From positions 100,254,001 to 100,318,000 of the forward strand of contig OZ024744.1 in assembly GCA_964016885.1 (NCBI GenBank): a stretch of 64,000 nucleotides of DNA, read 5' to 3'. This document shows positions 1-14,500 of this stretch, in pieces. Made by a program: the position numbers and the translations under genes. Each line of letters begins with the position of its first letter. Positions within the stretch are counted from its first letter, which is position 1. The notes beneath the pieces were generated by a model, which worked only from the letters and a program-made list of their open reading frames with translations, ran no database searches and was not told the origin of the DNA. The stretch comes from Eledone cirrhosa. Taxonomy: Eukaryota.

Positions 1-283
1 ACCACATTACAGTGGGAACTTGGTGCATTTTATCATAGTGCAAGCATTTCCATTTTACAAAATATATTGGATACATATCGTGGCATTAGCACTATTATTT
101 TATAAAGCATACTGGGTGCATTTTATTGTGGAACCAACACTACCACTTTATAGAATGGGCTAGATGCATTTTATCTTGGCACAAACACTACCACATTACG
201 TTTTATTGTGGCACCTGCACTACCTCTTTACAGAGTGAACTGGGTGCATTTTATTGTGACCATAATCAGAGTTTGGAAAATAC

Positions 284-374
284 CTGTTTGTTATCTTCTG
301 ACTGCTTCTCAGTCTTTTCTTTTTTTGCTTTGAATTCAAGTGCTGCATTCCGCACAAATAACATATGTCTATTT
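284..374 (-). CDS. CLUH: CLUH exon 19 (ENRHMLFVRNAALEFKAKKEKTEKQSEDNKQ); gene continues beyond base 1
   Basis: tttcag acceptor, phase-2 start matches exon 18 (GA+A), donor CAG|GTATTT, 91 nt. Confidence 0.85.
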
Positions 375-447
375 CTGAAAAATAACAAAGACATCTAAAA
401 TGGTGCATCAAAGAGGTTTTTATACATTAAACAAAACAATGTTGCTA

Positions 448-638
448 ATAATTGTTTCTACTTTTGGCACAAGGCCAGCAATTATCCCAGTGCATTACTG
501 GTACTTTATTTTATCGACCCCGTAAGGATGAAAGGCAAAGTAAACCTCAGCGGGATTTGAACTCAGAATGGCAAGGGCCGTAGCTATGCGTCAAAGCATG
601 GAGTCCGACCCTCTACCGATACTGCCAATCCAACGCCC
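448..638 (-). mobile_element. tRNA-derived SINE family A, full length (Nin/Deu-like core)
   Basis: Head GG..TGGATTGGCAGTATCGG, B-box GAGTTCAAATCCC, core GCCTTTCATCCTTACGGGGTCGATAAAATAAAGTACCAG, (ATT)n tail. The core-domain name is from memory, not a search. Confidence 0.85.
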
Positions 639-711
639 TTATGTTGCTACTAATAACATTACTGACCAATATAAGACAAAATATAACTAGATTAATAGAA
701 TAATTTTTAAT

Positions 712-934
712 TTAACCCTTTTAGTGTTTACATTACTCTATATTAACTATTACATTTTCGCAGTAAAGGCTTTATCGTACATAATTATCTCAATATTGAA
801 TCTATGAGATTTTGATATCTATTGTGAGAGCAATATCTTAACATAAGCATGAACGGTCAGTTACAGCCAGTTTGAACAGAAAGAGGAGAGAGAATTCTGG
901 CTGGATATGGCTGGTTTAAATGCTAAAGGGTTAA
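712..934. mobile_element. TTAA-flanked MITE family 1 (piggyBac-like non-autonomous)
   Basis: TTAA|CCCTTTTAG..TTTA ... TAAATGCTAAAGGG|TTAA; ~215 bp, non-coding. Confidence 0.8.
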
Positions 935-1891
935 GCACGACATCTTAGAAAGGAGATCCACATTAGCAGTACATCTTAGGGTATTTTAACATTGAAAAAA
1001 TAAGTTACAAGATAGAAATATAGTAGAGATGTTGGACAGTGGTATAGACCAGCCTACTACAAATCATTGGTCAATGTGATGGAGTTGTGCAAGTAGATAA
1101 AATATAAGAGATAAGATACATTAACAGTTAGTAATAGGAAGGACATCCAGCCATAGAAAGCTTGGGAGGCTCCTTCAGTTGTTAAAACATGGCAACCTCC
1201 CTAGTGCTGGTCCCATGATAAAATGACTTGGTAAAGCAGAGAACTATATTAGGTGAGAATGCAGGCTGCTGGCCTATCTGGGAGGTCAGTAGCAGCTCTG
1301 CTTCAGTACTAACTCAGTCTCTGAAAACCTGTTCAACTTTTGACACCAGGGAAAGTAGACATTAAATGATGATGACTGTTGGACAATGTTATAGGTCAGC
1401 CTACAGCAAACCTGTGGTCACTGTATTGGAATTGTGCAGTAGATAAGATATAAGGTAAGATATGAGCAACAGACTAAGAAGTAGGAAAATAAAAGGTATC
1501 TAAGCATAGACAGATGTCTTTACTATAATACTGCAACTGTTCACAACAAACTGTCTGCAAGTAAAAAATACTATAAACATTTGAATTAACAAACTGTTAT
1601 GTTTTTTTTTTTTTTAGATATTTTCTAAATGTAGTAGAGGGTGACTAAGAAAAACCTGAACAGAGGTGGTTAGAGTTGATCTCAAATGCTGAACCACACA
1701 GATTAGAAGATAAAGGAAGACTACAAGTAGAGATATGAGATGCTGTGCTGATGATGATGGACCCATCCAATCCACACAAGCATGGAAAAGTAAACCAATC
1801 TAAACTATAATAAAGGAAGGTCTGTGGGATTGCGTATGTTTTTGTTTTTTTTTATCCCGTTGGTAAAATAAATTGAATTACTTTGAATAAA

Positions 1892-1965
1892 TAATTGTTT
1901 CTACTTTTGGCACAAGGCCAGCAATTACCCAGTACATTACTGGTACTTTATTTTATCGATCCCGT
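1892..1965 (-). mobile_element. 5'-truncated SINE A
   Basis: Only tail and part of core present; 19-bp direct repeats at 1877-1895 and 1999-2017. Confidence 0.85.
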
Positions 1966-2481
1966 AAATTTAGTAGATAAATTATGTAATATTCATTCAT
2001 TACTTTGAATAAATAATGAATGAATATTACATAATTTATCTACTAAATTTCGTGGCTGTTGATTAAAATTTCTGAAATGTCAACACTTCCGGTTGGCCAT
2101 CACTTAAATAAACATACTAATGTTCTGTCACTAATTTTCTCCTAATGCAGTTTATATATAATATCGTCTTTTTTTAATGTATCATGGATTACGTTACTGA
2201 TTACATAAGACACTATAACGTATTCTTCGTTCAATTTCTATGCATTATATATATTGTCAATTACGATTTTATTTGATGTATCAATTCTACTTGCGTATAA
2301 TATCAATATACACACTACACATACTAGCAGAAAACCACCCCGGGGGGGGGGGGTTCTGCTAGTGATGATGATGATGGTCAGGGGCTCTGGCTAAGAACTT
2401 AGTTTGAGAGGACCTGTCAAACCTGTGCAAGCAGGGAATGTCCAGCCAACATTCAGCCCTTGCTAGCCTGGAAAATGAATG

Positions 2482-2680
2482 CTAACCATTTAGCATTTAA
2501 ATCGGCCAGAATTCTCTCACTTCTTTCTGTTCAAACTGGCCGCTGATTAAGGTATTGTTCTCAAAATAAATAATATAAAAATCTCAGATTCGATATTATT
2601 TGAGATAATTATATGAGGTAAAGCCTTTACTGTGAAAATACAATAGTAAATATAGAATAATGTAAATGCTAAAGGGTTAA
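2482..2680. mobile_element. MITE family 1, opposite orientation
   Basis: Reverse complement of 712-934; ends TAAATGCTAAAGGGTTAA. Confidence 0.8.
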
Positions 2681-2729
2681 ATGATGAAGATCATGATTAG
2701 TAAGAGAGGCTTCATTAAAATATACTTAC

Positions 2730-2835
2730 TCAACAAATGCTTCTGTTAACTCCTGGCGTAAACAGGCCAATTTATGTTTATGTGAACGAGGAAAACCATA
2801 TGATCTTAATTCTTTGCTCAATTCATTTTCATCAA
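2730..2835 (-). CDS. CLUH: CLUH exon 18 ([35 protein letters not shown])
   Basis: cttcag acceptor, GTAAGT donor, 106 nt; GFPR.H.HKL.CLRQEL..AFVE motif. Confidence 0.94.
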
Positions 2836-2863
2836 CTGAAGAAAAAAAAAAAATTTATTTCAG

Positions 2864-4095
2864 TCCCTGGATGCAACACAGCCAACTAAATATTCACACT
2901 GCAGCAAGTCTTTGAGAAATCACGGGAGTATTGCCAAGATGTATATGCTTGTTTTGTAGACCTCGGGTCTAAAAGTATATGACTGCATTGTACAGGACCT
3001 GTTGTGGAACATTCTACAGGAATATGGTACCCATGGACAGCTTCTTGCTGCCCTGATGTCTCTATACAAATGTCCCAGTATCTATGTTCGGATAAATGGT
3101 GTGATGTCAACCATTCAATATGGGAGTCGAGAGCCTCCAAGAGAAATTTTGCAAGGCGATACAAGACCTCTTTGGGGCCCGAAGCAGGCAAAGATTTTTC
3201 TCAAAATTGCATGGTTGCTGTGGGGGCCTTCTTTGCTCTTGGGCCCCAGAACAAAGTACTGGCTGGACCCCCCCCCCCTCCTCTCATAGGCCCTGTGGGT
3301 GTCAAACTCAGCCAAGGGTACATACTGTTAATAATGATGAACAAGATTGACATACGCAACCAGGTTGGAAGTGGTATCAAGACTGGCAGGTGTTGGGTCA
3401 GTCGGCTGGAAATTGCAGATGACATGGTATTACTTAACTCATCAGCGGGTGAACATGCACTTGATAGGTTTGATGCTGAGGGCTGCATCACAGGAATGAA
3501 AATCAGTGCCGCAAACACTGAAACACTCATCTTCTCAAGGAAGCCTACACAGTGCTCTCTACATATAAGTGTAGTACCACTGAAGCAGGTGGAGAATTTA
3601 GAGTATCTCAGGGCCGTGTTTACGAGTGATGGAAAGCAGATGGCTGAATTAAATGCAAGAATTACAGGAGCTTCAGCACTCAGTCATGAGAAGGGAGGTA
3701 GGTGTAAAAGCCAAACTCCCTATCTTCAATTTGGTTTTCCTGCCAACCCTTATCTACGGTTATGATCTTGGGTAATAACCGAAAGAATTCAATTGCGAGT
3801 ACCAGTGGCCAAAATGGGAGTCCTCCGAAGTGTCTCTGGACTAACGTTACTCAATAGAGTATGTAACTTGGAGATCAGAGTCGCTCCAGGTAGAGCTGCT
3901 ACTTGCCCGTGTTATCAGACCTGTGGTCTCTTAATTCGGGGATGTGGTCAGAATGCCTGGACAGATCTTATGGGCAAAACCAACTGGCATGAGACCTAGG
4001 GGTAGACCATGACCAATATGGTTAGATAACATCTATGAGCTTGGGGGATCAATCTGGATCAGTTGGAGACAGTTGCTACTGACACGACTCATTGT
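2864..4095 (+). mobile_element. Degenerate non-LTR retrotransposon (RTE-like) RT and 3' fragment
   Basis: QQVFEKSREY..VYACFVDL, ADDMVLL, GMKIS...TE, YL...FTSDG and P.L.YG motifs, with frameshifts and an unrelated GC-rich insert at ~3168-3295. Confidence 0.85.
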
Positions 4096-4526
4096 AAGGC
4101 ATGCATGAGTGCATGTAATGTAAGAGTGTGCATCTATGTATGAATGTGTGTACATCTACATATGCACGTGTATGTATGTATGTATGTGTGTATCCATGCA
4201 TATGCGTGTGTGTGTGTGTGTGTGTGACAACAGAGACTACCAGGATTACAAAATGACAAAGTTCTGTACGACTCAAAACCACATTAAGACATTCTTGAAT
4301 AGTACATTTGACTAATTTTCACAACTATCTGTCAACTAGTAAAGATACTATAAATATTTGGATTAACAGATGTGTTTTTAGACATTTCCTGTTAAATCAT
4401 TACAGGATGTTATGAATTAAGAGAATATAAGCAATTCTAGGAATGAAATAGAAACAGATTAGTTCAGAAGTGTGAATCTTTTTATGGTATGTTGTGTTTT
4501 TGATTTCATTACATTAATTAAAAATA

Positions 4527-4846
4527 CAGTGGAACCTCGGTTGACAAACTTAATTCATTCCTGAAGTCCATTCACCACTCAAAATGTTTATAACCCAAAA
4601 CAAAATGTTGAGAGGAAATACAGTGAGAGAGAGAGAGAGACATTGTGTGTGAAAGACAGATAGATATCACCATAGTAACTAACCACACAACAAGTGACAC
4701 TTTTCTGCCGATACTCTAAGCTTGTTGCCAACCGTTGTTGCCAGCTTGAGTGTTATTTACTTGAGAGACTGTTCGTACTCAGACGTTTTATTTTCAGAAA
4801 AATTGTTTATGAAACCGATTTGTTCGTTAAAACCAAGGTTCCGCTG
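4527..4846. mobile_element. Tc1/mariner-superfamily (Tigger/pogo-like) MITE
   Basis: TA|CAGTGGAACCTCGGTT ... AACCAAGGTTCCGCTG|TA: imperfect TIRs with TA target duplication. Confidence 0.8.
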
Positions 4847-4977
4847 TATGTGAAGACCAAGAAAAGACAATCACCTGCGTAGTTCCTTATGAGGAATATG
4901 GAGAAATAGGATTGAAATGATGAAAATGGAAGTCAATAACAGCAAATACAGCAAAGAACAAACCATATTTAGCTTAC

Positions 4978-5056
4978 CTGGAAGAAAATTGACATCAGGG
5001 GGGAAAGTTCTGAGAAGATCTAGAACATAATGTCGTTGATCATTTCCAATAATACC
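4978..5056 (-). CDS. CLUH: CLUH exon 17 ([26 protein letters not shown])
   Basis: tttcag acceptor, GTAAGC donor, 79 nt; [19 protein letters not shown] ends the CLU domain. Confidence 0.96.
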
Positions 5057-5297
5057 CTGAAAAGACAATAAATTTACTGAATAAAAACTATTTTATTTCC
5101 TCTTAAGAAACAATATTTGTCTGAAGATGTGTTATATCATCATCATCATCATCATCATACATACACAGGTTAGACAGGTTGTCACATTAAGACTAAACAG
5201 GCCAGGTGATGATATCTTACTCATAAGCTCTGTTTTGGTTTCTACAGCTGGATACCCTACCTAATACAGTACTATAACAGTACTACATAAACTTTTT

Positions 5298-5485
5298 TGG
5301 TGGATTGACAGTATCGGTAGAGGGTCGGACGCCATGCTTTGCAGCACAGTTACGTTCTTTACGAACTGAGTTCAAATCCCACCGAGGTTAACTTTGCCTT
5401 TCATCCTTACAGGGTCGATAAAATAAAGTACCAGTAATGCACTAGGTAATTGCTGGCCTTGTGCCAAATGTAGAAACAATTATTA
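5298..5485 (+). mobile_element. SINE A, full length
   Basis: Same head, B-box, core and tail; about 70 bp from the start of the 30-bp array. Confidence 0.88.
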
Positions 5486-5554
5486 GAAGGGTGTTTCAAG
5501 TAAAACTTAATGAAAGTTTTACATAAAATTATGATAGATTTTTAGATAAATATT

Positions 5555-8500
5555 GCTAATACAGATGGCTACAGCATTTACACAGCTAATACAGATGGCT
5601 ACAGCATTTACACAGCTAATACAGATGGCTACAACATTTACACAGCTCACACAGATGGCTACAGCATGTACACAGCTAATACAGATGGCTACAACATTTA
5701 CACAGCTAATACAGATGGCTACAATATTTACACAGCTAATACAGATGGCTACAGCATGTACACAGCTAATACAGATGGCTACAACATGTACACAGCTACT
5801 ACAGATGGCTACAGCATGTACACAGCTAATACAGATGGCTACAGCATGTACACAGCTAATACAGATGGCTACAGCATGTACACAGCTAATACAGATGGCT
5901 ACAGCATGTACACAGCTAACACAGATGGCTACAGCATGTACACAGCTAATACAGATGGCTACAGCATGTACACAGCTCACACAGATGGCTACAACATGTA
6001 CACAGCTAACACAGATGGCTACAGCATTTACACAGCTAATACAGATGGCTACAGCATGTACACAGCTCACACAGATGGCTACAGCATGTACACAGCTAAT
6101 ACAGATGGCTACAGCATTTACACAGCTAATACAGATGGCTACAGCATGTACACAGCTAATACAGATGGCTACAGCATTTACACAGCTAATACAGATGGCT
6201 ACAGCATGTACACAGCTAATACAGATGGCTACAACATTTACACAGCTCACACAGATGGCTACAGCATGTACACAGCTAATACAGATGGCTACAGCATGTA
6301 CACAGCTAATACAGATGGCTACAGCATGTACACAGCTAATACAGATGGCTACAGCATGTACACAGCTAATACAGATGGCTACAGCATTTACACAGCTAAC
6401 ACAGATGGCTACAGCATTTACACAGCTAATACAGATGGCTACAGCATGTACACAGCTAATACAGATGGCTACAACATTTACACAGCTAATACAGATGGCT
6501 ACAACATGTACACAGCTAATACAGATGGCTACAACATTTACACAGCTAATACAGATGGCTACAGCATGTACACAGCTAATACAGATGGCTACAGCATGTA
6601 CACAGCTAACACAAATGGCTACAGCATTTACACAGCTAATACAGATGGCTACAACATGTACACAGCTAATACAGATGGCTACAACATGTACACAGCTAAT
6701 ACAGATGGCTACAACATTTACACAGCTAATACAGATGGCTACAGCATGTACACAGCTAATACAGATGGCTACAGCATTTACACAGCTAATACAGATGGCT
6801 ACAACATGTACACAGCTAATACAGATGGCTACAGCATGTACACAGCTAATACAGATGGCTACAGCATTTACACAGCTAACACAGATGGCTACAGCATTTA
6901 CACAGCTAATACAGATGGCTACAACATGTACACAGCTAATACAGATGGCTACAGCATGTACACAGCTCACAGAGATGGCTACAACATGTACACAGCTAAC
7001 ACAGATGGCTACAGCATTTACACAGCTAACACAGATGGCTACAGCATTTACACAGCTAATACAGATGGCTACAGCATGTACACAGCTAATACAGATGGCT
7101 ACAGCATGTACACAGCTAATACAGATGGCTACAGCATGTACACAGCTAATACAGATGGCTACAGCATTTACACAGCTAATACAGATGGCTACAGCATGTA
7201 CAAAGCTAATACAGATGGCTACAGCATGTACAAAGCTAATACAGATGGCTACAGCATGTACAAAGCTAATACAGATGGCTACAGCATTTACACAGCTAAC
7301 ACAGATGGCTACAGCATTTACACAGCTAATACAGATGGCTACAGCATGTACACAGCTAATATAGATGGCTACAGCATTTACACAGCTAATACAGATGGCT
7401 ACAGCATGTACACAGCTAATACAGATGGCTACAGCATGTACACAGCTAATACAGCTGGCTACAGCATTTACACAGCTAATACAGATGGCTACAGCATTTA
7501 CACAGCTAATACAGATGGCTACAGCATGTACACAGCTAATACAGATGGCTACAACATTTACACAGCTCACACAGATGGCTACAGCATGTACACAGCTAAT
7601 ACAGATGGCTACAGCATGTACACAGCTAATACAGATGGCTACAGCATGTACACAGCTAATACAGATGGCTACAGCATGTACACAGCTAATACAGATGGCT
7701 ACAGCATGTACACAGCTAATACAGATGGCTACAGCATGTACACAGCTAATACAGATGGCTACAACATGTACACAGCTAATACAGATGGCTACAGCATTTA
7801 CACAGCTAATACAGATGGCTACAACATTTACACAGCTAATACAGATGGCTACAACATTTACACAGCTAATACAGATGGCTACAGCATTTACACAGCTAAT
7901 ACAGATGGCTACAGCATGTACACAGCTAATACAGATGGCTACAACATGTACACAGCTAATACAGATGGCTACAACATCTACACAGCTAATACAGATGGCT
8001 ACAGCATGTACACAGCTAATACAGATGGCTACAACATTTACACAGCTAATACAGATGGCTACAGCATTTACACAGCTAATACAGATGGCTACAACATGTA
8101 CACAGCTAATACAGATGGCTACAACATTTACACAGCTAATACAGATGGCTACAGCATTTACACAGCTAATACAGATGGCTACAGCATGTACACAGCTAAT
8201 ACAGATGGCTACAACATGTACACAGCTAATACAGATGGCTACAACATCTACACAGCTAATACAGATGGCTACAGCATGTACACAGCTAATACAGATGGCT
8301 ACAACATTTACACAGCTAATACAGATGGCTACAGCATTTACACAGCTAATACAGATCGCTACAGCATGTACACAGCTAATACAGATGGCTACAGCATGTA
8401 CACAGCTAATACAGATGGCTACAGCATGTACACAGCTAATACAGATGGCTACAGCATGTACACAGCTAATACAGATGGCTACAGCATGTACACAGCTCAC

Positions 8501-11500
8501 ACAGATGGCTACAATATTTACACAGCTCACACAGATGGCTACAGCATTTACACAGCTCACACAGATGGCTACAACATGTACACAGCTAATACAGATGGCT
8601 ACAACATTTACACAGCTAATACAGATGGCTACAACATTTACACAGCTAATACAGATGGCTACAACATTTACACAGCTAATACAGATGGCTACAGCATTTA
8701 CACAGCTAATACAGATGGCTACAGCATGTACACAGCTAATACAGATGGCTACAACATGTACACAGCTAATACAGATGGCTACAACATCTACACAGCTAAT
8801 ACAGATGGCTACAGCATGTACACAGCTAATACAGATGGCTACAACATTTACACAGCTAATACAGATGGCTACAGCATTTACACAGCTAATACAGATGGCT
8901 ACAACATGTACACAGCTAATACAGATGGCTACAACATTTACACAGCTAATACAGATGGCTACAGCATTTACACAGCTAATACAGATGGCTACAGCATGTA
9001 CACAGCTAATACAGATGGCTACAACATGTACACAGCTAATACAGATGGCTACAACATCTACACAGCTAATACAGATGGCTACAGCATGTACACAGCTAAT
9101 ACAGATGGCTACAACATGTACACAGCTAATACAGATGGCTACAACATTTACACAGCTAATACAGATGGCTACAGCATTTACACAGCTAATACAGATCGCT
9201 ACAGCATGTACACAGCTAATACAGATGGCTACAGCATGTACACAGCTAATACAGATGGCTACAGCATGTACACAGCTAATACAGATGGCTACAGCATGTA
9301 CACAGCTCACACAGATGGCTACAATATTTACACAGCTCACACAGATGGCTACAGCATTTACACAGCTCACACAGATGGCTACAACATGTACACAGCTAAT
9401 ACAGATGGCTACAACATTTACACAGCTAATACAGATGGCTACAGCATTTACACAGCTAATACAGATGGCTACAGCATTTACACAGCTAATACAGATGGCT
9501 ACAGCATGTACACAGCTAATACAGATGGCTACAGCATGTACACAGCTAATACAGATGGCTACAGCATGTACACAGCTAATACAGATGGCTACAATATTTA
9601 CACAGCTCACACAGATGGCTACAGCATTTACACAGCTCACACAGATGGCTACAACATGTACACAGCTAATACAGATGGCTACAACATTTACACAGCTAAT
9701 ACGGATGGCTACAGCATGTACACAGCTAATACAGATGGCTACAGCATGTACACAGCTAATACAGATGGCTACAGCATGTACACAGCTAATACAGATGGCT
9801 ACAGCATGTACACAGCTAATACAGATGGCTACAGCATGTACACAGCTAATACAGATGGCTACAACATTTACACAGCTAATACAGATGGCTACAGCATTTA
9901 CACAGCTAATACAGATGGCTACAGCATGTACACAGCTCACACAGATGGCTACAGCATGTACACAGCTAATACAGATGGCTACAGCATTTACACAGCTAAT
10001 ACAGATGGCTACAGCATTTACACAGCTAATACAGATGGCTACAGCATTTACACAGCTAATACAGATGGCTACAGCATGTACACAGCTAATACAGATGGCT
10101 ACAGCATGTACACAGCTAATACAGATGGCTACAGCATGTACACAGCTAATACAGATGGCTACAGCATGTACACAGCTAATACAGATGGCTACAATATTTA
10201 CACAGCTCACACAGATGGCTACAGCATTTACACAGCTCACACAGATGGCTACAACATGTACACAGCTAATACAGATGGCTACAACATTTACACAGCTAAT
10301 ACGGATGGCTACAGCATGTACACAGCTAATACAGATGGCTACAGCATGTACACAGCTAATACAGATGGCTACAGCATGTACACAGCTAATACAGATGGCT
10401 ACAGCATGTACACAGCTAATACAGATGGCTACAACATTTACACAGCTAATACAGATGGCTACAGCATTTACACAGCTAATACAGATGGCTACAGCATGTA
10501 CACAGCTCACACAGATGGCTACAGCATGTACACAGCTAATACAGATGGCTACAGCATTTACACAGCTAATACAGATGGCTACAGCATGTACACAGCTAAT
10601 ACAGATGGCTACAGCATTTACACAGCTAATACAGATGGCTACAGCATGTACACAGCTAATACAGATGGCTACAACATTTACACAGCTCACACAGATGGCT
10701 ACAGCATGTACACAGCTAATACAGATGGCTACAGCATGTACACAGCTAATACAGATGGCTACAGCATGTACACAGCTAATACAGATGGCTACAGCATGTA
10801 CACAGCTAATACAGATGGCTACAGCATTTACACAGCTAACACAGATGGCTACAGCATTTACACAGCTAATACAGATGGCTACAGCATGTACACAGCTAAT
10901 ACAGATGGCTACAGCATGTACACAGCTAATACAGATGGCTACAGCATTTACACAGCTAATACAGATGGCTACAACATTTACACAGCTAATACAGATGGCT
11001 ACAGCATGTACACAGCTAATACAGATGGCTACAACATGTACACAGCTAATACAGATGGCTACAGCATGTACACAGCTAATACAGATGGCTACAACATGTA
11101 CACAGCTAATACAGATGGCTACAACATTTACACAGCTAATACAGATGGCTACAACATGTACACAGCTAATACAGATGGCTACAACATTTACACAGCTAAT
11201 ACAGATGGCTACAGCATGTACACAGCTAATACAGATGGCTACAGCATGTACACAGCTAATACAGATGGCTACAGCATTTACACAGCTAATACAGATGGCT
11301 ACAGCATGTACAAAGCTAATACAGATGGCTACAGCATGTACAAAGCTAATACAGATGGCTACAGCATGTACAAAGCTAATACAGATGGCTACAGCATTTA
11401 CACAGCTAACACAGATGGCTACAGCATTTACACAGCTAATACAGATGGCTACAGCATGTACACAGCTAATATAGATGGCTACAGCATTTACACAGCTAAT

Positions 11501-14500
11501 ACAGATGGCTACAGCATGTACACAGCTAATACAGATGGCTACAGCATGTACACAGCTAATACAGCTGGCTACAGCATTTACACAGCTAATACAGATGGCT
11601 ACAGCATTTACACAGCTAATACAGATGGCTACAGCATGTACACAGCTAATACAGATGGCTACAGCATGTACACAGCTAATACAGATGGCTACAACATTTA
11701 CACAGCTCACACAGATGGCTACAGCATGTACACAGCTAATACAGATGGCTACAGCATGTACACAGCTAATACAGATGGCTACAGCATGTACACAGCTAAT
11801 ACAGATGGCTACAGCATGTACACAGCTAATACAGATAGCTACAGCATGTACACAGCTAATACAGATGGCTACAGCATGTACACAGCTAATACAGATGGCT
11901 ACAGCATGTACACAGCTAATACAGATGGCTACAGCATGTACACAGCTAATACAGATGGCTACAACATTTACACAGCTAATACAGATGGCTACAGCATTTA
12001 CACAGCTAATACAGATGGCTACAACATGTACACAGCTAATACAGATGGCTACAACATTTACACAGCTAATACAGATGGCTACAACATTTACACAGCTAAT
12101 ACAGATGGCTACAGCATGTACACAGCTAATACAGATGGCTACAACATGTACACAGCTAATACAGATGGCTACAACATGTACACAGCTAATACAGATGGCT
12201 ACAGCATGTACACAGCTAATACAGATGGCTACAACATGTACACAGCTAATACAGATGGCTACAGCATGTACACAGCTAATACAGATGGCTACAGCATGTA
12301 CACAGCTAATACAGATGGCTACAACATGTACACAGCTAATACAGATGGCTACAACATTTACACAGCTAATACAGATGGCTACAGCATTTACACAGCTAAT
12401 ACAGATCGCTACAGCATGTACACAGCTAATACAGATGGCTACAGCATGTACACAGCTAATACAGATGGCTACAGCATGTACACAGCTAATACAGATGGCT
12501 ACAGCATGTACACAGCTCACACAGATGGCTACAATATTTACACAGCTCACACAGATGGCTACAGCATTTACACAGCTCACACAGATGGCTACAACATGTA
12601 CACAGCTAATACAGATGGCTACAACATTTACACAGCTAATACAGATGGCTACAGCATTTACACAGCTAATACAGATGGCTACAGCATTTACACAGCTAAT
12701 ACAGATGGCTACAGCATGTACACAGCTAATACAGATGGCTACAGCATGTACACAGCTAATACAGATGGCTACAGCATGTACACAGCTCACACAGATGGCT
12801 ACAGCATGTACACAGCTAATACAGATGGCTACAATATTTACACAGCTCACACAGATGGCTACAGCATTTACACAGCTCACACAGATGGCTACAACATGTA
12901 CACAGCTAATACAGATGGCTACAACATTTACACAGCTAATACGGATGGCTACAGCATGTACACAGCTAATACAGATGGCTACAGCATGTACACAGCTAAT
13001 ACAGATGGCTACAGCATGTACACAGCTAATACAGATGGCTACAGCATGTACACAGCTAATACAGATGGCTACAGCATGTACACAGCTAATACAGATGGCT
13101 ACAACATTTACACAGCTAATACAGATGGCTACAGCATTTACACAGCTAATACAGATGGCTACAGCATGTACACAGCTCACACAGATGGCTACAGCATGTA
13201 CACAGCTAATACAGATGGCTACAATATTTACACAGCTCACACAGATGGCTACAGCATTTACACAGCTCACACAGATGGCTACAACATGTACACAGCTAAT
13301 ACAGATGGCTACAACATTTACACAGCTAATACAGATGGCTACAGCATGTACACAGCTAATACAGATGGCTACAGCATGTACACAGCTAATACAGATGGCT
13401 ACAGCATGTACACAGCTAATACAGATGGCTACAGCATGTACACAGCTAATACAGATGGCTACAACATGTACACAGCTCACACAGATGGCTACAGCATTTA
13501 CACAGCTAATACAGATGGCTACAGCATGTACACAGCTAATACAGATGGCTACAGCATGTACACAGCTAATACAGATGGCTACAGCATGTACACAGCTAAT
13601 ACAGATGGCTACAGCATGTACACAGCTAATACAGATGGCTACAACATGTACACAGCTAATACAGATGGCTACAGCATTTACACAGCTAATACAGATGGCT
13701 ACAACATGTACACAGCTAATACAGATGGCTACAACATGTACACAGCTAATACAGATGGCTACAACATGTACACAGCTAATACAGATGGCTACAGCATTTA
13801 CACAGCTAATACAGATGGCTACAGCATTTACACAGCTAATACAGATGGCTACAACATTTACACAGCTAATACAGATGGCTACAGCATGTACACAGCTAAT
13901 ACAGATGGCTACAACATGTACACAGCTAATACAGATGGCTACAGCATGTACACAGCTAATACAGATGGCTACAACATTTACACAGCTAATACAGATGGCT
14001 ACAGCATGTACACAGCTAATACAGATGGCTACAGCATTTACACAGCTAATACAGATGGCTACAGCATTTACACAGCTAATACAGATGGCTACAGCATGTA
14101 CACAGCTAATACAGATGGCTACAGCATTTACACAGCTAATACAGATGGCTACAACATGTACACAGCTAATACAGATGGCTACAGCATGTACACAGCTAAT
14201 ACAGATGGCTACAGCATGTACACAGCTAATACAGATGGCTACAGCATGTACACAGCTAATACAGATGGCTACAGCATGTACACAGCTAATACAGATGGCT
14301 ACAGCATGTACACAGCTAATACAGATGGCTACAGCATGTACACAGCTAATACAGATGGCTACAACATGTACACAGCTAATACAGATGGCTACAACATTTA
14401 CACAGCTAATACAGATGGCTACAGCATGTACACAGCTAATACAGATGGCTACAACATGTACACAGCTAATACAGATGGCTACAGCATTTACACAGCTAAT

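Noticed and set aside
3004-3765. 253-aa ORF as a functional reverse transcriptase
   Set aside because: Chimeric frame across an insertion; the RT N-terminal motifs lie in other frames. A dead LINE relic.
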